DNA of 64,000 bases from Candidatus Latescibacterota bacterium. Lineage in GTDB: Bacteria > Latescibacterota > CBDEFO01. Below, one piece after another: positions 20,141 through 29,681 of the stretch. The notes below the pieces were generated by a model that had not been told where the DNA came from, did no database searches, and worked only from the letters and a program-made list of their open reading frames with translations. A program made the translations under genes and the position numbers. The stretch spans positions 1,966,146-2,030,145 of the forward strand of contig CBDEFO010000008.1 of assembly GCA_965237525.1 (NCBI GenBank), read 5' to 3'. Within the stretch, counting starts at the first letter, position 1, and each line of letters opens with the position of its first letter.

Positions 20141-21204
20141 ATGTCCTCAATTGAAATTCTCGGTACCGGCTGGGTGGACAGGCGCGATTCGGCCTTTCCC
20201 CAGACCGTGCAACTGCCCAGCGGCGACCTCCTCTGCTCCTTCAAATGTGGGCGGCGGTCCCAATGTCACTGGCGGCACGGACTGGGCCCGCTCCACAGAC
20301 AGCGGCTAGACCTGGACCCTCGAAGGCACCATTGCCCCGCCCACGACCGATCCTCCCACCACCTATGCCCTCAAGCTGACCCTTTCGGCTGACGGCCAGA
20401 CCGTTTTCGCGTACGGGGCGCATTCCTATCCCCGGGACGAGGAGAAATTCGGCGAAGGCCGCAACGAGCCGGTGCTATGCCGCTCCGCGGACAGAGGCCG
20501 CACCTGGTCGGATCCCCAGGTGGTCCCCATGCCCGGGGATTGCCCACTGGAAATTTCCCACGGGGTGCTGCCGCTCGAATCCGGCCGCCTCCTGGCGCCG
20601 GCCGCCACTCTCCCTGCCAAGGACCGCCTGGGTGAGCAGGTCCTGGTGGCCATCTCCGATGACGGCGGACAGACCTGGCCGCAGCACGCTGTGGTGTTCG
20701 AGGACCCCGACAAAAAATTCGGCTACTTTGAGCAGAAGCTGGCCGCAATCTCCCCGGACCTGCTCATGGCCGTGTGCTGGACCGTAACCTTGGGCGATGT
20801 GGTGGACCAGCCGGACAGCTTTGTGCTCTCGCGCGACAATGGATCCACGTGGGGGCCAGCCCGATCCACCGGCATCCAGGGGCAGACCATGACACCGATC
20901 ACCCTGGGCAGCGACCGGCTCCTGGTGCTCTACAACCGGCGCTACGGCGACCAGGGCATTATCATGAACCTGGTGGACCTTTGCGGAAGAGTCCTGGACC
21001 CTTCACTACGAAGGCCTGATGTACGACGCCAGGGCAAAGCGCGAACGGCCGGACGACCTGGAAACAGGGGTGGAGGAATTGTACTCCTTTATGTTCGGCT
21101 TCCCCACGGCGATCAAGCTGCAGGACGGGACCTATCTGGCGACCCACTGGTGCAAGGAAGGAGCCACCTTCGGCATCCGCTGGACCAAACTGCGGATCGA
21201 TTAG
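20141..21204 (+). pseudogene. Sialidase/BNR-repeat protein with two frameshifts and an in-frame TAG
   Basis: Asp-boxes SADRGRTW, SDDGGQTW, SRDNGSTW; frameshifts near 20243 and 20980; TAG at 20307. Confidence 0.85.
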
Positions 21205-21210
21205 TCTAGT

Positions 21211-21372
21211 GAGATTGCTTCGCCCACTTCGTGGTTTGCTGCCACTCCAGCAAAGCGGCCACGCCGCCTCGCAATGACATTGTTTGGCTTCGTCCTTCGG
21301 TCATTGCTAGGGGCATTTGCCCCGCTTTGCTCCTCGCAATGACTCCGCCAAGTTTATGCTTAATCGGGTTAG
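21211..21372. repeat. GAGATTGCTTCG/CTCGCAATGAC family repeat cluster
   Basis: Shares blocks with 1866-1902, 11731-11816, 59105-59165 and 60098-60145. Confidence 0.75.
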
Positions 21373-21408
21373 TCTGCTGGCTGAAGAAGACAAGAGCTTA
21401 AATGGAGG

Positions 21409-24400
21409 ATGCCGCCGATGAGATTGGGCGCTACGATAGATGACTACATGGACACGCACGACCCGGAGCAGCGACAGAGGAACATCGCTCAGATCGCACG
21501 CTGCCTGGCGCTGTTGTTGTTCATCAGTTTGTTTGGAATTGTATGGCTATCATGCGGCGGGGGCGGTAATGGGGATAAACCGACAGGGCCGACACAGACA
21601 TCAGTTTTCAGTTTGATCCATCTATCGGGAGATAATCAAGCGGGACCGCAGGAATCTGTCCTGTCCGAACCTCTTGTGGTCCTGGTAACTGACGATAATG
21701 GTGAACCTGCAACTGGCCTTCAGGTGACCTTCGCGATACTGTCGGGCAAATGTAGTTTGTCTGTAGAAAGCGCGGTCACAGACAGCTCCGGTCACGCATC
21801 GACCGTCGTGACACTGGGAGATCAAGCAGGGGATATTCGTGTCCAGGCCACGCTAGCGGGCTACGACAAATCTGTGGTGTTTACCGCTGTAGCGCTACCA
21901 CCCAACACGGTCGGCGGACATCTGGTTCTCCCTGATGTTCTTGATCCGACAGAGACGACCATCCTGTGCGGATTTGAGGAAAGTACTCCTACAGAGGGAG
22001 GTAACTTCTTCGTAGCTCCACCTGAGATCCATTCTCTGACGATAGCACTGGATTCAGAGGGTGATCCCTTCCTGCTTGCGTTGTTGCCTCCATCCGATGG
22101 ATCACCTAGTGTAGATACGCAGACTACTGCGGTGACGCTGATGTTCTTCGCAATGCATCTGTACACAGCTCCTCCCGAATTGTGGGCAGAAGCCGTCTCT
22201 GTGCTGGAGGGAATACCAGAAGTACAAGAGTTATCCAGTGTGTTAGGCCAGCGTCTTGAGGTCTCCACCGACATCCTCGTCGATCCCGATCCACAGGTCA
22301 GGTCGGCTTTGGAGAGCGCTATACAGGCTGTTGATGCCGAGTTTGCCCGGATGGTCGGCGCTCCGAAGGTAACTCCTTCGGGACCACAGAGCCAGGTCCG
22401 CCTCATCCATCCGGTGGAGGGTGAAGATGAGGCCACCTTGGAGGTACGTAATTTCGGAAGACGTTACATTTCGCTCTACGCAGACCGGACCGCTCCTACT
22501 GCACAGAACGTGATGGATGGCGATATTATAGGCCCCGCCAGCGAACCGGTAAGCACTGCTACTCTGGTGAACTTCCTAAGCTCTAACCGAGATCCCAGCG
22601 GTATCCTTTCACCGAATACAGAGCGTTTTGATATTCCTCTTGAGCCCGGCGCTACCAATCTGTTTGATGTTGATGTGGTAGGGGCCTCTTTCCGCGGGAT
22701 TGCCAGCAGATCGGATGGATACTGGACAGCCTGGAGCTTTACCTTCGGCGACTTCGTCCTCCTGAAACTCCTCGATGTACTTGTTGGGCTGGATCTGCCT
22801 GATGGAAGTGAGATGGGGCAGTGGCAGGAGTGGGCTAACCTGACCGGCAAACTGGTGCGTGGTATCAAGGCGAGCGCCAAATTCTCTGAGGCTGTGGATG
22901 AAGGCAGTGTGGTGGGCATCCTTTACAGTGGTCTGGAGATAATGGAGGACAGGGACGTCCAGGAGGCTATCCTCGGTGTTGTTAACCGGGTGGCCGCGAA
23001 ACAGATCGGCGTTGTGGCTTTGGGGAAGATGATCAGCAAGATATCGCCGTGGGTTAAGGTCTTGAAGATTACGGCGACACTTACAGATTATGGGTTTATC
23101 GCTCACAGTTTGATTACTGACAATCCCCAAGAGCGATTCGTCGTGGAGGCAGAAGGAGAGGAAGTACAGAATCAACCGCCTGTAGCTTCGATCACGTCTC
23201 TCGCAGACGAGGGAGTTTCGATCACGTTTCAGGGCGGTGCGGCCGATCCCGAGGATGGGAGTCTGAGTGGATCGTCTCTGGTGTGGAGTTCAAGCCGGGA
23301 TGGGCAGATTGGAACAGGTGAGACAGTGTCCACTTCCAGTCTCTCTTTAGGAACTCATACTATTACCTTGACTGCTACGGATAGCGAAGGGGATTCTGGA
23401 TCAGTTAGCATTACACTGACGATTAGGGGAGGGAACCAGCCACCTGTAGCTTCGATTACTTCTCCAGCGGACGGCAGTACTTCCATGGAAGGCGACGCAG
23501 TTGATTTACAAGGCAGTGCGGCTGATCCCGAGGATGAGAGTCTGAGTGGATCATCTCTGGTGTGGACTTCCAGTCGGGATGGGCAGATTGGAACAGGTGA
23601 AACAGTGTCCACCTCGAGCCTCTCTTTGGGAACTCATACTATTACCTTGACCGCTACGGATAGCGAGGGGGCTGTGGGGAAGGATCAGATCGCGTTGGCC
23701 GTTGCATCTGTGGTTGTAGAGCGTCTCTTCGGACACAGGACTGACTTTACAGCTGGGAACACTCCTAGGTCAGTATTCATTGCGGATTTAGATAGGGATG
23801 GGGATAATGACTTGGCTGTGGCTAATTTTATGAGCGGTAATGTGTCAGTGTTGTCCAATAACGGAGATGGGACATTTGCACCTAAGGTGGACTATGCTGC
23901 TGGGGATGGTCCCTTTTCAGTATTCATTGTGGATTTAGATGGTGATGGGGATAATGACCTGGCTGTGGCTAATTCTAACAGCAATACTGTATCAGTGTTG
24001 ATGAATAATGGAGATGGGACTTTTGCACCTAAGGTGGACTATGCTGCTGGCGATGGTTCCAGGTCAATATTCAGTGCGGATTTAGATAGGGATGGGGATA
24101 ATGACCTGGCTGTGGCTACTCTTTGGAGCGGTACTGTATCAGTGTTGTTGAATAATGGAGATGGTACATTTGCACCTAAGGTGGACTATGGAACTGGGGA
24201 TGTTCCCGTATCAGTATTCAGTGCGGATTTAGATGGTGATGGGGATAATGACCTGGCTGTGGCTAATTTGGCCAGCTATGATGTATCAGTGTTGTTGAAT
24301 AATGGAGATGGTACATTTGCACCTAAGGTGGACTATGGAACTGGGGATGTTCCCGTATCAGTATTCAGTGCGGATTTAGATGGGGATGGAGATAATGACC

Positions 24401-24462
24401 TGGCTGTGGCTAATTTGGGCGGTAATGTGTCAGTGTTGATGAATTTGTCTATACAGCCCTGA
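21409..24462 (+). CDS. Surface lipoprotein: Big_1 Ig domain, two PKD-like repeats, C-terminal FG-GAP/VCBS repeats
   Basis: Lipobox WLSC-GGG; SGDNQAG...VTDSSGHAST; 2x NQPPVASITS...GTHTITLTATDS; 5x DLDGDGDNDLAVAN. Confidence 0.85.
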   Translation: MPPMRLGATIDDYMDTHDPEQRQRNIAQIARCLALLLFISLFGIVWLSCGGGGNGDKPTGPTQTSVFSLIHLSGDNQAGPQESVLSEPLVVLVTDDNGEPATGLQVTFAILSGKCSLSVESAVTDSSGHASTVVTLGDQAGDIRVQATLAGYDKSVVFTAVALPPNTVGGHLVLPDVLDPTETTILCGFEESTPTEGGNFFVAPPEIHSLTIALDSEGDPFLLALLPPSDGSPSVDTQTTAVTLMFFAMHLYTAPPELWAEAVSVLEGIPEVQELSSVLGQRLEVSTDILVDPDPQVRSALESAIQAVDAEFARMVGAPKVTPSGPQSQVRLIHPVEGEDEATLEVRNFGRRYISLYADRTAPTAQNVMDGDIIGPASEPVSTATLVNFLSSNRDPSGILSPNTERFDIPLEPGATNLFDVDVVGASFRGIASRSDGYWTAWSFTFGDFVLLKLLDVLVGLDLPDGSEMGQWQEWANLTGKLVRGIKASAKFSEAVDEGSVVGILYSGLEIMEDRDVQEAILGVVNRVAAKQIGVVALGKMISKISPWVKVLKITATLTDYGFIAHSLITDNPQERFVVEAEGEEVQNQPPVASITSLADEGVSITFQGGAADPEDGSLSGSSLVWSSSRDGQIGTGETVSTSSLSLGTHTITLTATDSEGDSGSVSITLTIRGGNQPPVASITSPADGSTSMEGDAVDLQGSAADPEDESLSGSSLVWTSSRDGQIGTGETVSTSSLSLGTHTITLTATDSEGAVGKDQIALAVASVVVERLFGHRTDFTAGNTPRSVFIADLDRDGDNDLAVANFMSGNVSVLSNNGDGTFAPKVDYAAGDGPFSVFIVDLDGDGDNDLAVANSNSNTVSVLMNNGDGTFAPKVDYAAGDGSRSIFSADLDRDGDNDLAVATLWSGTVSVLLNNGDGTFAPKVDYGTGDVPVSVFSADLDGDGDNDLAVANLASYDVSVLLNNGDGTFAPKVDYGTGDVPVSVFSADLDGDGDNDLAVANLGGNVSVLMNLSIQP

Positions 24463-24667
24463 AACGTTGGTCTTGAGGTAGATAAGTAAAACAAGGGATA
24501 TTTACGCTATGGCTGAAACTAAAGATGTCAAGGACTTTCTGGACGAAATATGTCCCCGCATACAGGCCTAGGCTGATATGGTTTTCTCTATCAATCTGAT
24601 ATGGGGAACGTCGGATTGGATGGCTTAAGATAAGGAAAATCCACAAGGACAAAAGGTTAAATGTAGG

Positions 24668-25543
24668 ATGCCGCTGATGAGATTGGGCGCTACGATAGAT
24701 GACTATATGGACACGCACGACCCGGACGCTCTGGTTGCCGAGTGCCGCAAGAAGGGCTACCGGGCAGCGGCGATGCCGCTGGCGGCGCTGGATCAGCCTG
24801 ATGTCGTCCGCGACATTGCCCGCGCCTTTGCCGAAGCCGACATCCTGCTGGCCGAGATTGCCGCGTGGGTCAATCCGCTGCACCACGACCCGGAGCAGCG
24901 ACGCAGGAACATCGCTCAGATCGCACGCTGCCTGGCGCTGTCCGACGAGGTAGGGGCGACCTGCTGTGCAACCGTCGCGGGGTCTTACTCTCAGACGGAT
25001 CGTTGGGACTCGCACGCAGGGCACCATCCGGACAACTTCTCTGCGCGAGCCTTCGAGGAGGTGGTGGACTGGGTGCGCGATGTCCTCGACCAGGTCCAGC
25101 CCACGCGCACCAAGCTGACGCTGGAGATCTGCCCGTGGACTCTGTTAGACAGTCCGCAGATCTATCTGGACCTGATCGGGGCCGTGGATCGCCCCGGACT
25201 CGGTGTCCACCTGGACCCGGCCAATCTGGTCACGCACCCTCGCACCTACTACGATACGACAGGGATGATTCACCAGTGCTTCGATCTGCTCGGGGGACAT
25301 ATCCTCTCCTGTCACGCCAAGGACGTGCACTGGACACTGGATGCGCGGACGGTCGGAATCGAGGAGGTAGTTCCCGGCCGGGGAGTCCTCGACTATGCCG
25401 CCTTCTTGCAGCGTGGGGATGGTATTTCGCCTGATCTGCCGCTGATCATCGAACATGTACAGACCGAAGCCAACTTTGACGAGGCCGCCGCCTATATCGT
25501 GGGCGTCGGCGCCGCAGTCGGCGTGTCACTCCAAGAGAATTGA
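24668..25543 (+). CDS. Sugar phosphate isomerase/epimerase (TIM barrel)
   Basis: LTLEICPW, VHLDPANL, SCHAKD, PGRGVLDY, LIIEH. Confidence 0.9.
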   Translation: MPLMRLGATIDDYMDTHDPDALVAECRKKGYRAAAMPLAALDQPDVVRDIARAFAEADILLAEIAAWVNPLHHDPEQRRRNIAQIARCLALSDEVGATCCATVAGSYSQTDRWDSHAGHHPDNFSARAFEEVVDWVRDVLDQVQPTRTKLTLEICPWTLLDSPQIYLDLIGAVDRPGLGVHLDPANLVTHPRTYYDTTGMIHQCFDLLGGHILSCHAKDVHWTLDARTVGIEEVVPGRGVLDYAAFLQRGDGISPDLPLIIEHVQTEANFDEAAAYIVGVGAAVGVSLQEN

Positions 25544-25554
25544 GGTAAATACTA

Positions 25555-26361
25555 ATGGAACGAACGCTGGAGGGTAACGTTGCTCTGGTGACGGGCGCAA
25601 GCAAAGGGATCGGCCGGGCGCTGGCGATAGGTCTGGCCGAGGCTGGCGCCGCAGTCGCCGCCATCTATAAAAACGATGCAGCCGGCGCGGAAGGCGCCTG
25701 TGGGACTATCCGCCAATCCGGTGGGGTCGCCGAGCCGTATTCTGCCGATATCGGCTCCAAGGCCGAATTCGAAGCAGTGATAGACGAGGTCTATGACCGG
25801 TTCGTCCGGCTGGATGTGCTGGTCAACAACGCAGCCCGCACGCGCTTCGGACCGATCGAACAGGTGACGGAAGAAGACTTCGACGATGTCGTGAACACCG
25901 TCCTGCGCGGCCCCTTCTTCGGATCGATTGCCGCGGCCGGGAAGATGATCCAAGGCGGCGGCGGGTCCATCATTAATATCAGCTCCATCGCCGTGCGAGG
26001 CATCATGTTTTTCCACAGCTCTTACACCATGGCCAAAGGCGGGCTGGAGGCCCTGACCCGGCAGATGGCGCTGGAACTGGCGCCGCATGTGCGGGTGAAC
26101 GCTCTGGCGCCCCATGCCACCAGCAACGAACGCAACGCTGCCTACGATCCAGACTATGACCAAAAGTGGGCAGCGGTGACGCCGATAGGTCGCATCGGAA
26201 GTCCAGATGACTACGTGGGACCCGCAGTCTTTCTGGCCGGACACCATGCCCGGATGGTGACGGGGCAGGTGTTGTATGTGGACGGCGGCTGGACTCTGCA
26301 GGGACGCTCACCCGACCAATCGGCATTTGACTTCTCCGCCGATCGCAAGCGCGACGATTGA
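25555..26361 (+). CDS. SDR family oxidoreductase
   Basis: VTGASKGIG, LVNNA, YTMAK, VTGQVLYVDGG. Confidence 0.93.
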   Translation: MERTLEGNVALVTGASKGIGRALAIGLAEAGAAVAAIYKNDAAGAEGACGTIRQSGGVAEPYSADIGSKAEFEAVIDEVYDRFVRLDVLVNNAARTRFGPIEQVTEEDFDDVVNTVLRGPFFGSIAAAGKMIQGGGGSIINISSIAVRGIMFFHSSYTMAKGGLEALTRQMALELAPHVRVNALAPHATSNERNAAYDPDYDQKWAAVTPIGRIGSPDDYVGPAVFLAGHHARMVTGQVLYVDGGWTLQGRSPDQSAFDFSADRKRDD

Positions 26362-26382
26362 AAGCGAGCAAGAGCAGATGTT

Positions 26383-26434
26383 AGACCTCCCTTTAAGTCC
26401 CCCCTTATTTAAGGGGGGACTTAAAGGGAGGTCT
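26383..26434. repeat. Perfect 25-bp-arm palindrome (CCCCCCTTA-TT-TAAGGGGGG)
   Basis: agacctccctttaagtccccccctta-type left arm matches taaggggggacttaaagggaggtct right arm; 2-nt loop at 26408-26409. Confidence 0.9.
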
Positions 26435-26510
26435 GACCCACTACTAAGGGTGTGTTGATAATGTGGTTGGTAGGACAGGTATTTTGCCTGTCCATTTGCA
26501 AAACAAGCAG

Positions 26511-27423
26511 ATGAAGAGACGCCTGAATGTCGTAGACTACAACATGGACTGGTGGCTCAAGGAGTACAATCTTAACGAGCGGGGGAGCCCCGGCGGGGTG
26601 ACGACCCCCGGAGGGGTGACGCGAGAAGAAGCGATTGCGTACTGCGGCACGCTGGAAGTCGGAGGCATCGAAGTAATGCACGCCTACTGGCAGGACTCTA
26701 CGCCTGAGTATGTCGTCGGGCTGGCGGAGGACGCCGGGATCCCTATCAGGACCTATATCTTCTCCTGTGACCTTGCCGTGCCGCCCGACGAGCGAGACCG
26801 TTCGGTTGATCAGGCAAAATGGATGATAGATCGCGCTGTGGCGATGGGCGCCGGACTGGGAATGATCATACCAGGGTTCGCCAAGAGCGAGTTTCCCATT
26901 GAAGAGCAGGTTAAATGGATGGTTGAAGGCCTGTCGCTTTGCGCCGAGCACGCCGGCAGATCGGGACTGACGCTGGCCTCGGAGAACGTAGATGACCCGC
27001 CGTCCCGTCCTCTAATGGGCCGCAGCGACCAGTGTCTGGCTATCTGCCAGCAGGTCGGTTCGCCCCACTACCGGCCTGATCTTTGACGCGGCGCCTGCCA
27101 TCTACGTGGGGCAAGAGCCGGTTGAGGCACTGCTGCAGATGCTGCCTTACGTGGTTCATGTCCATCTGAAGAATATCATACGGGTTACAGACGGCCAAGA
27201 GTGGAAGCGCACCGTTCCGGACGAGCAGGGCTGCGTCTACCGCGGTGTGCTTCTGGATCAAGGCGTCGTAGATCTCCCCGCGATTCTGAAGAAACTGCGG
27301 GAGCACGACTATCAGGGCGACTTTCTCATCGAATACCAGGGCGAAGAAGACCCGCGCTGCGCGATGCGCCAGGACGTCGCCCGGGCCAGGGATCTTCTCG
27401 AAGAGGCTGGCTTTGCGAGCTGA
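26511..27423 (+). pseudogene. Sugar phosphate isomerase/epimerase, single frameshift
   Basis: LTLASEN; frameshift near 27070 before LIFDAA; HVHLKN, GVVDLP, YQGDFLIEYQG. Confidence 0.8.
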
Positions 27424-27631
27424 ATACGACCGCAATAGGGGGATGAGGGATGTCAAGGGAGAGGAGGACGAAGCAGAGCGAGATGCTCCCCTGACTATGT
27501 AATGGGTGCAATTGCAGGAGTCGAAACTGCCGCCGTACCGTTACTGGGTAAGACTGGATGACGAAGGAACTGCTGGAGAAGTACAAGTGATGGTTCTGCT
27601 GGTTTATCCAAAGGAAGATCGATGCGTTGTC

Positions 27632-27706
27632 TTCCAACAATGGCTTGAACCAGACTGGCTTCTCCGCTGTCGCTCCGGAGCGAGCTGGCTAAGCTGATCG
27701 TTATGT
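27632..27706 (+). other. Integron attC site
   Basis: R'' TTCCAAC-N5-L'' CTTGAACC ... inner stem (ccag[a]ct/agctgg, ctccg/cggag) ... L' GGCTAAG-N6-R' GTTATGT. Confidence 0.7.
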
Positions 27707-27745
27707 GGCGAACCCAACACGTATTCACAACCCAGGAGTTCTCCG

Positions 27746-29182
27746 ATGCTTCAAAAATTCGGCACCCGTAAATGGGTCATTCCCCTGATAATTGTTTTAA
27801 TCTCTGCCGGTGCTTTCGCTTGGTTCGCAAGTCGCAGGCGTTGCCCGCAGAAGATCCTCATAGCGTCGGGAGCTCCCAAGGGAAGATATTTTGAGATGGC
27901 GATACTGATTAGAGCACTCCTGGGCAATTATGGCATAAAAGCTGAGGTACTGCCCACAGACGGATCTGTGGAGAATCTGAAATTGCTTAAATCGCGAGGG
28001 CGTTCGACGCTTGCCCTCATGCAGTTTGACGTTGCATTTGCGGCTCACTCGGGAATTCCTCTCTACGGCGACGATCATTCCTTCGCGATAACCCGATTGC
28101 GTAACATGCAACGCATTGCAAATTTGGGCAAGGAAAAACTCTACGTCGTGACGCACAAAGACCTAAAACAAGCGGGAAGAAATTCCGTAAAGGAAGTCGT
28201 AAACGCCCTTAACGAAGATGACGAAATTTGTATCGGACCTGATCAAAGCGGCACGCAAGCTGTCGCCCGGTCTTTATTAGGCCAAATCAAGCTGGCCAAT
28301 TCGCCACGCTACGTTACTCTGTCAGTACGTGATATGATCAGCCAATTAATATCTAACCCAAACGGAAAGATCAAGCTGGGATTCTTTGTCACTCGGTTGC
28401 CAAGTGCCGCGTTCAAACAGATTCTCAATAACGATCAGTTCAGGATCCTTTCCATAGATCCAGACTTGCTCTTGCATTTTGTCGACAGCGGCTACACTAT
28501 AGAAACGATCTCTCCCGGTGACTGGCCTTGCGTCCCACCGGATGAAGGCGACGTTCAAACGATAGAGACATCTACGGTGCTGATGACCACAGAAGCGTTC
28601 GACTCCGACGTATATACGATCACAAAGGCAATTGTTGAAGGTGAGGTCCGCCTGAATGTAGGGGGCCGGGAGGCCATGGTGGCGCTATTGAGCAGTCTTC
28701 CCCTGCATCCCGATGCAGAACGATACTACAAGCAAAAGCAATTGATCCCCTCGATATCTATATTCGAGGATTCCCCCTTATTCCAAGGCCTCGCATATAT
28801 GCTTAACAACGCATGGAAATTGTTGGCCATCCTCGTGATAATGGCAGGTGGGTTGAAAGCGATCATTGAGCTAAAGCGCGCCGGCGTCGCCAATCGGTTA
28901 GGTACACAAGTTCTGGCAGTTCCGATCGGGATTGATGAACCAAATTCGGTGACGACGCTCACAGAACTCCAGCGCCAGATCCTCGAACACGCTCAGAGAA
29001 GATGGTGGCAGTTGGGGGAGTTGGACAAGCCTCGGTGGCGCTATTTGCACGATCTGATTGTGGAGCGAATCAAATTGTCGAAAGAAAATCTCACGAGGGC
29101 TATCGCGGCTGAATGTCGTGCTGCGGCGGAAGGCGCTGACGAGGGTGGGCAAAGACGAAGGGACCGGTTCCGATCCATCTAG
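27746..29182 (+). CDS. TAXI-family TRAP solute-binding protein with C-terminal TM/helical extension (cassette-borne; frame continues to 29272 after a TAG)
   Basis: IASGAPKGRY, TDGSVENL, IGPDQSGTQ, LPLHPDAERYY. Confidence 0.85.
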   Translation: MLQKFGTRKWVIPLIIVLISAGAFAWFASRRRCPQKILIASGAPKGRYFEMAILIRALLGNYGIKAEVLPTDGSVENLKLLKSRGRSTLALMQFDVAFAAHSGIPLYGDDHSFAITRLRNMQRIANLGKEKLYVVTHKDLKQAGRNSVKEVVNALNEDDEICIGPDQSGTQAVARSLLGQIKLANSPRYVTLSVRDMISQLISNPNGKIKLGFFVTRLPSAAFKQILNNDQFRILSIDPDLLLHFVDSGYTIETISPGDWPCVPPDEGDVQTIETSTVLMTTEAFDSDVYTITKAIVEGEVRLNVGGREAMVALLSSLPLHPDAERYYKQKQLIPSISIFEDSPLFQGLAYMLNNAWKLLAILVIMAGGLKAIIELKRAGVANRLGTQVLAVPIGIDEPNSVTTLTELQRQILEHAQRRWWQLGELDKPRWRYLHDLIVERIKLSKENLTRAIAAECRAAAEGADEGGQRRRDRFRSI

Positions 29183-29311
29183 GCTCGAATATCCGAATAT
29201 TTCGAGAAGGGGGAGTTGGATGCGCCTCAACGCCTAATGCTTCACCAACTTGTCCAAGAAAATGCACAATAGCCTGAAAATCTTACGCATCGACCGAAGA
29301 CCAGAAGCGGC

Positions 29312-29339
29312 TCGCCACATAACTGAGCGGCTGCAGCGC
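29312..29339 (+). other. Left half of an attC site (truncated)
   Basis: TCGCCACATAAC is the exact reverse complement of GTTATGTGGCGA at 27700-27711; followed by GCTGCAGC (L''-like). Confidence 0.6.
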
Positions 29340-29544
29340 ACCGTTCCGGACGAGCAGGGCTGCGTCTACCGCGGTGTGCTTCTGGATCAAGGCGTCGTAG
29401 ATCTCTTGGAGATTCTGAAGAAACTGCGGGAGTACGACTATCAGGGCGACTTTCTCATCGAATACCAGGGCGAAGAAGACCCGCGCTACGCGATGCGCCA
29501 GGACGTTGCTCATGCTAGGGGCCTTCTGGAAGAGGCTGGGTTTG
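29335..29544 (+). repeat. 210-bp diverged duplicate of the epimerase 3' end (27206-27415)
   Basis: Both read RTVPDEQGCVYRGVLLDQG...LLEEAGF. Confidence 0.95.
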
Positions 29545-29574
29545 ATGATCGATAGTCAGACAATCCCTGGCAAG

Positions 29575-29660
29575 GTCCCTCTTCCGCACCTGCTCCAACC
29601 TTTTTTTCACAAATGACCAGAAAGTATCCAGCTCTACCGTCGTCAACTGCAGATCGTGGA
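29575..29660 (-). mobile_element. IS1-family transposase remnant
   Basis: Minus strand HDLQLTTVELDTFWSFVKKR resembles the InsB motif E-x-DE-x-WSFV-x-KK, including an A7 tract. Confidence 0.55.
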
Positions 29661-29681
29661 CTGGTAGGAGGTAATACGACA

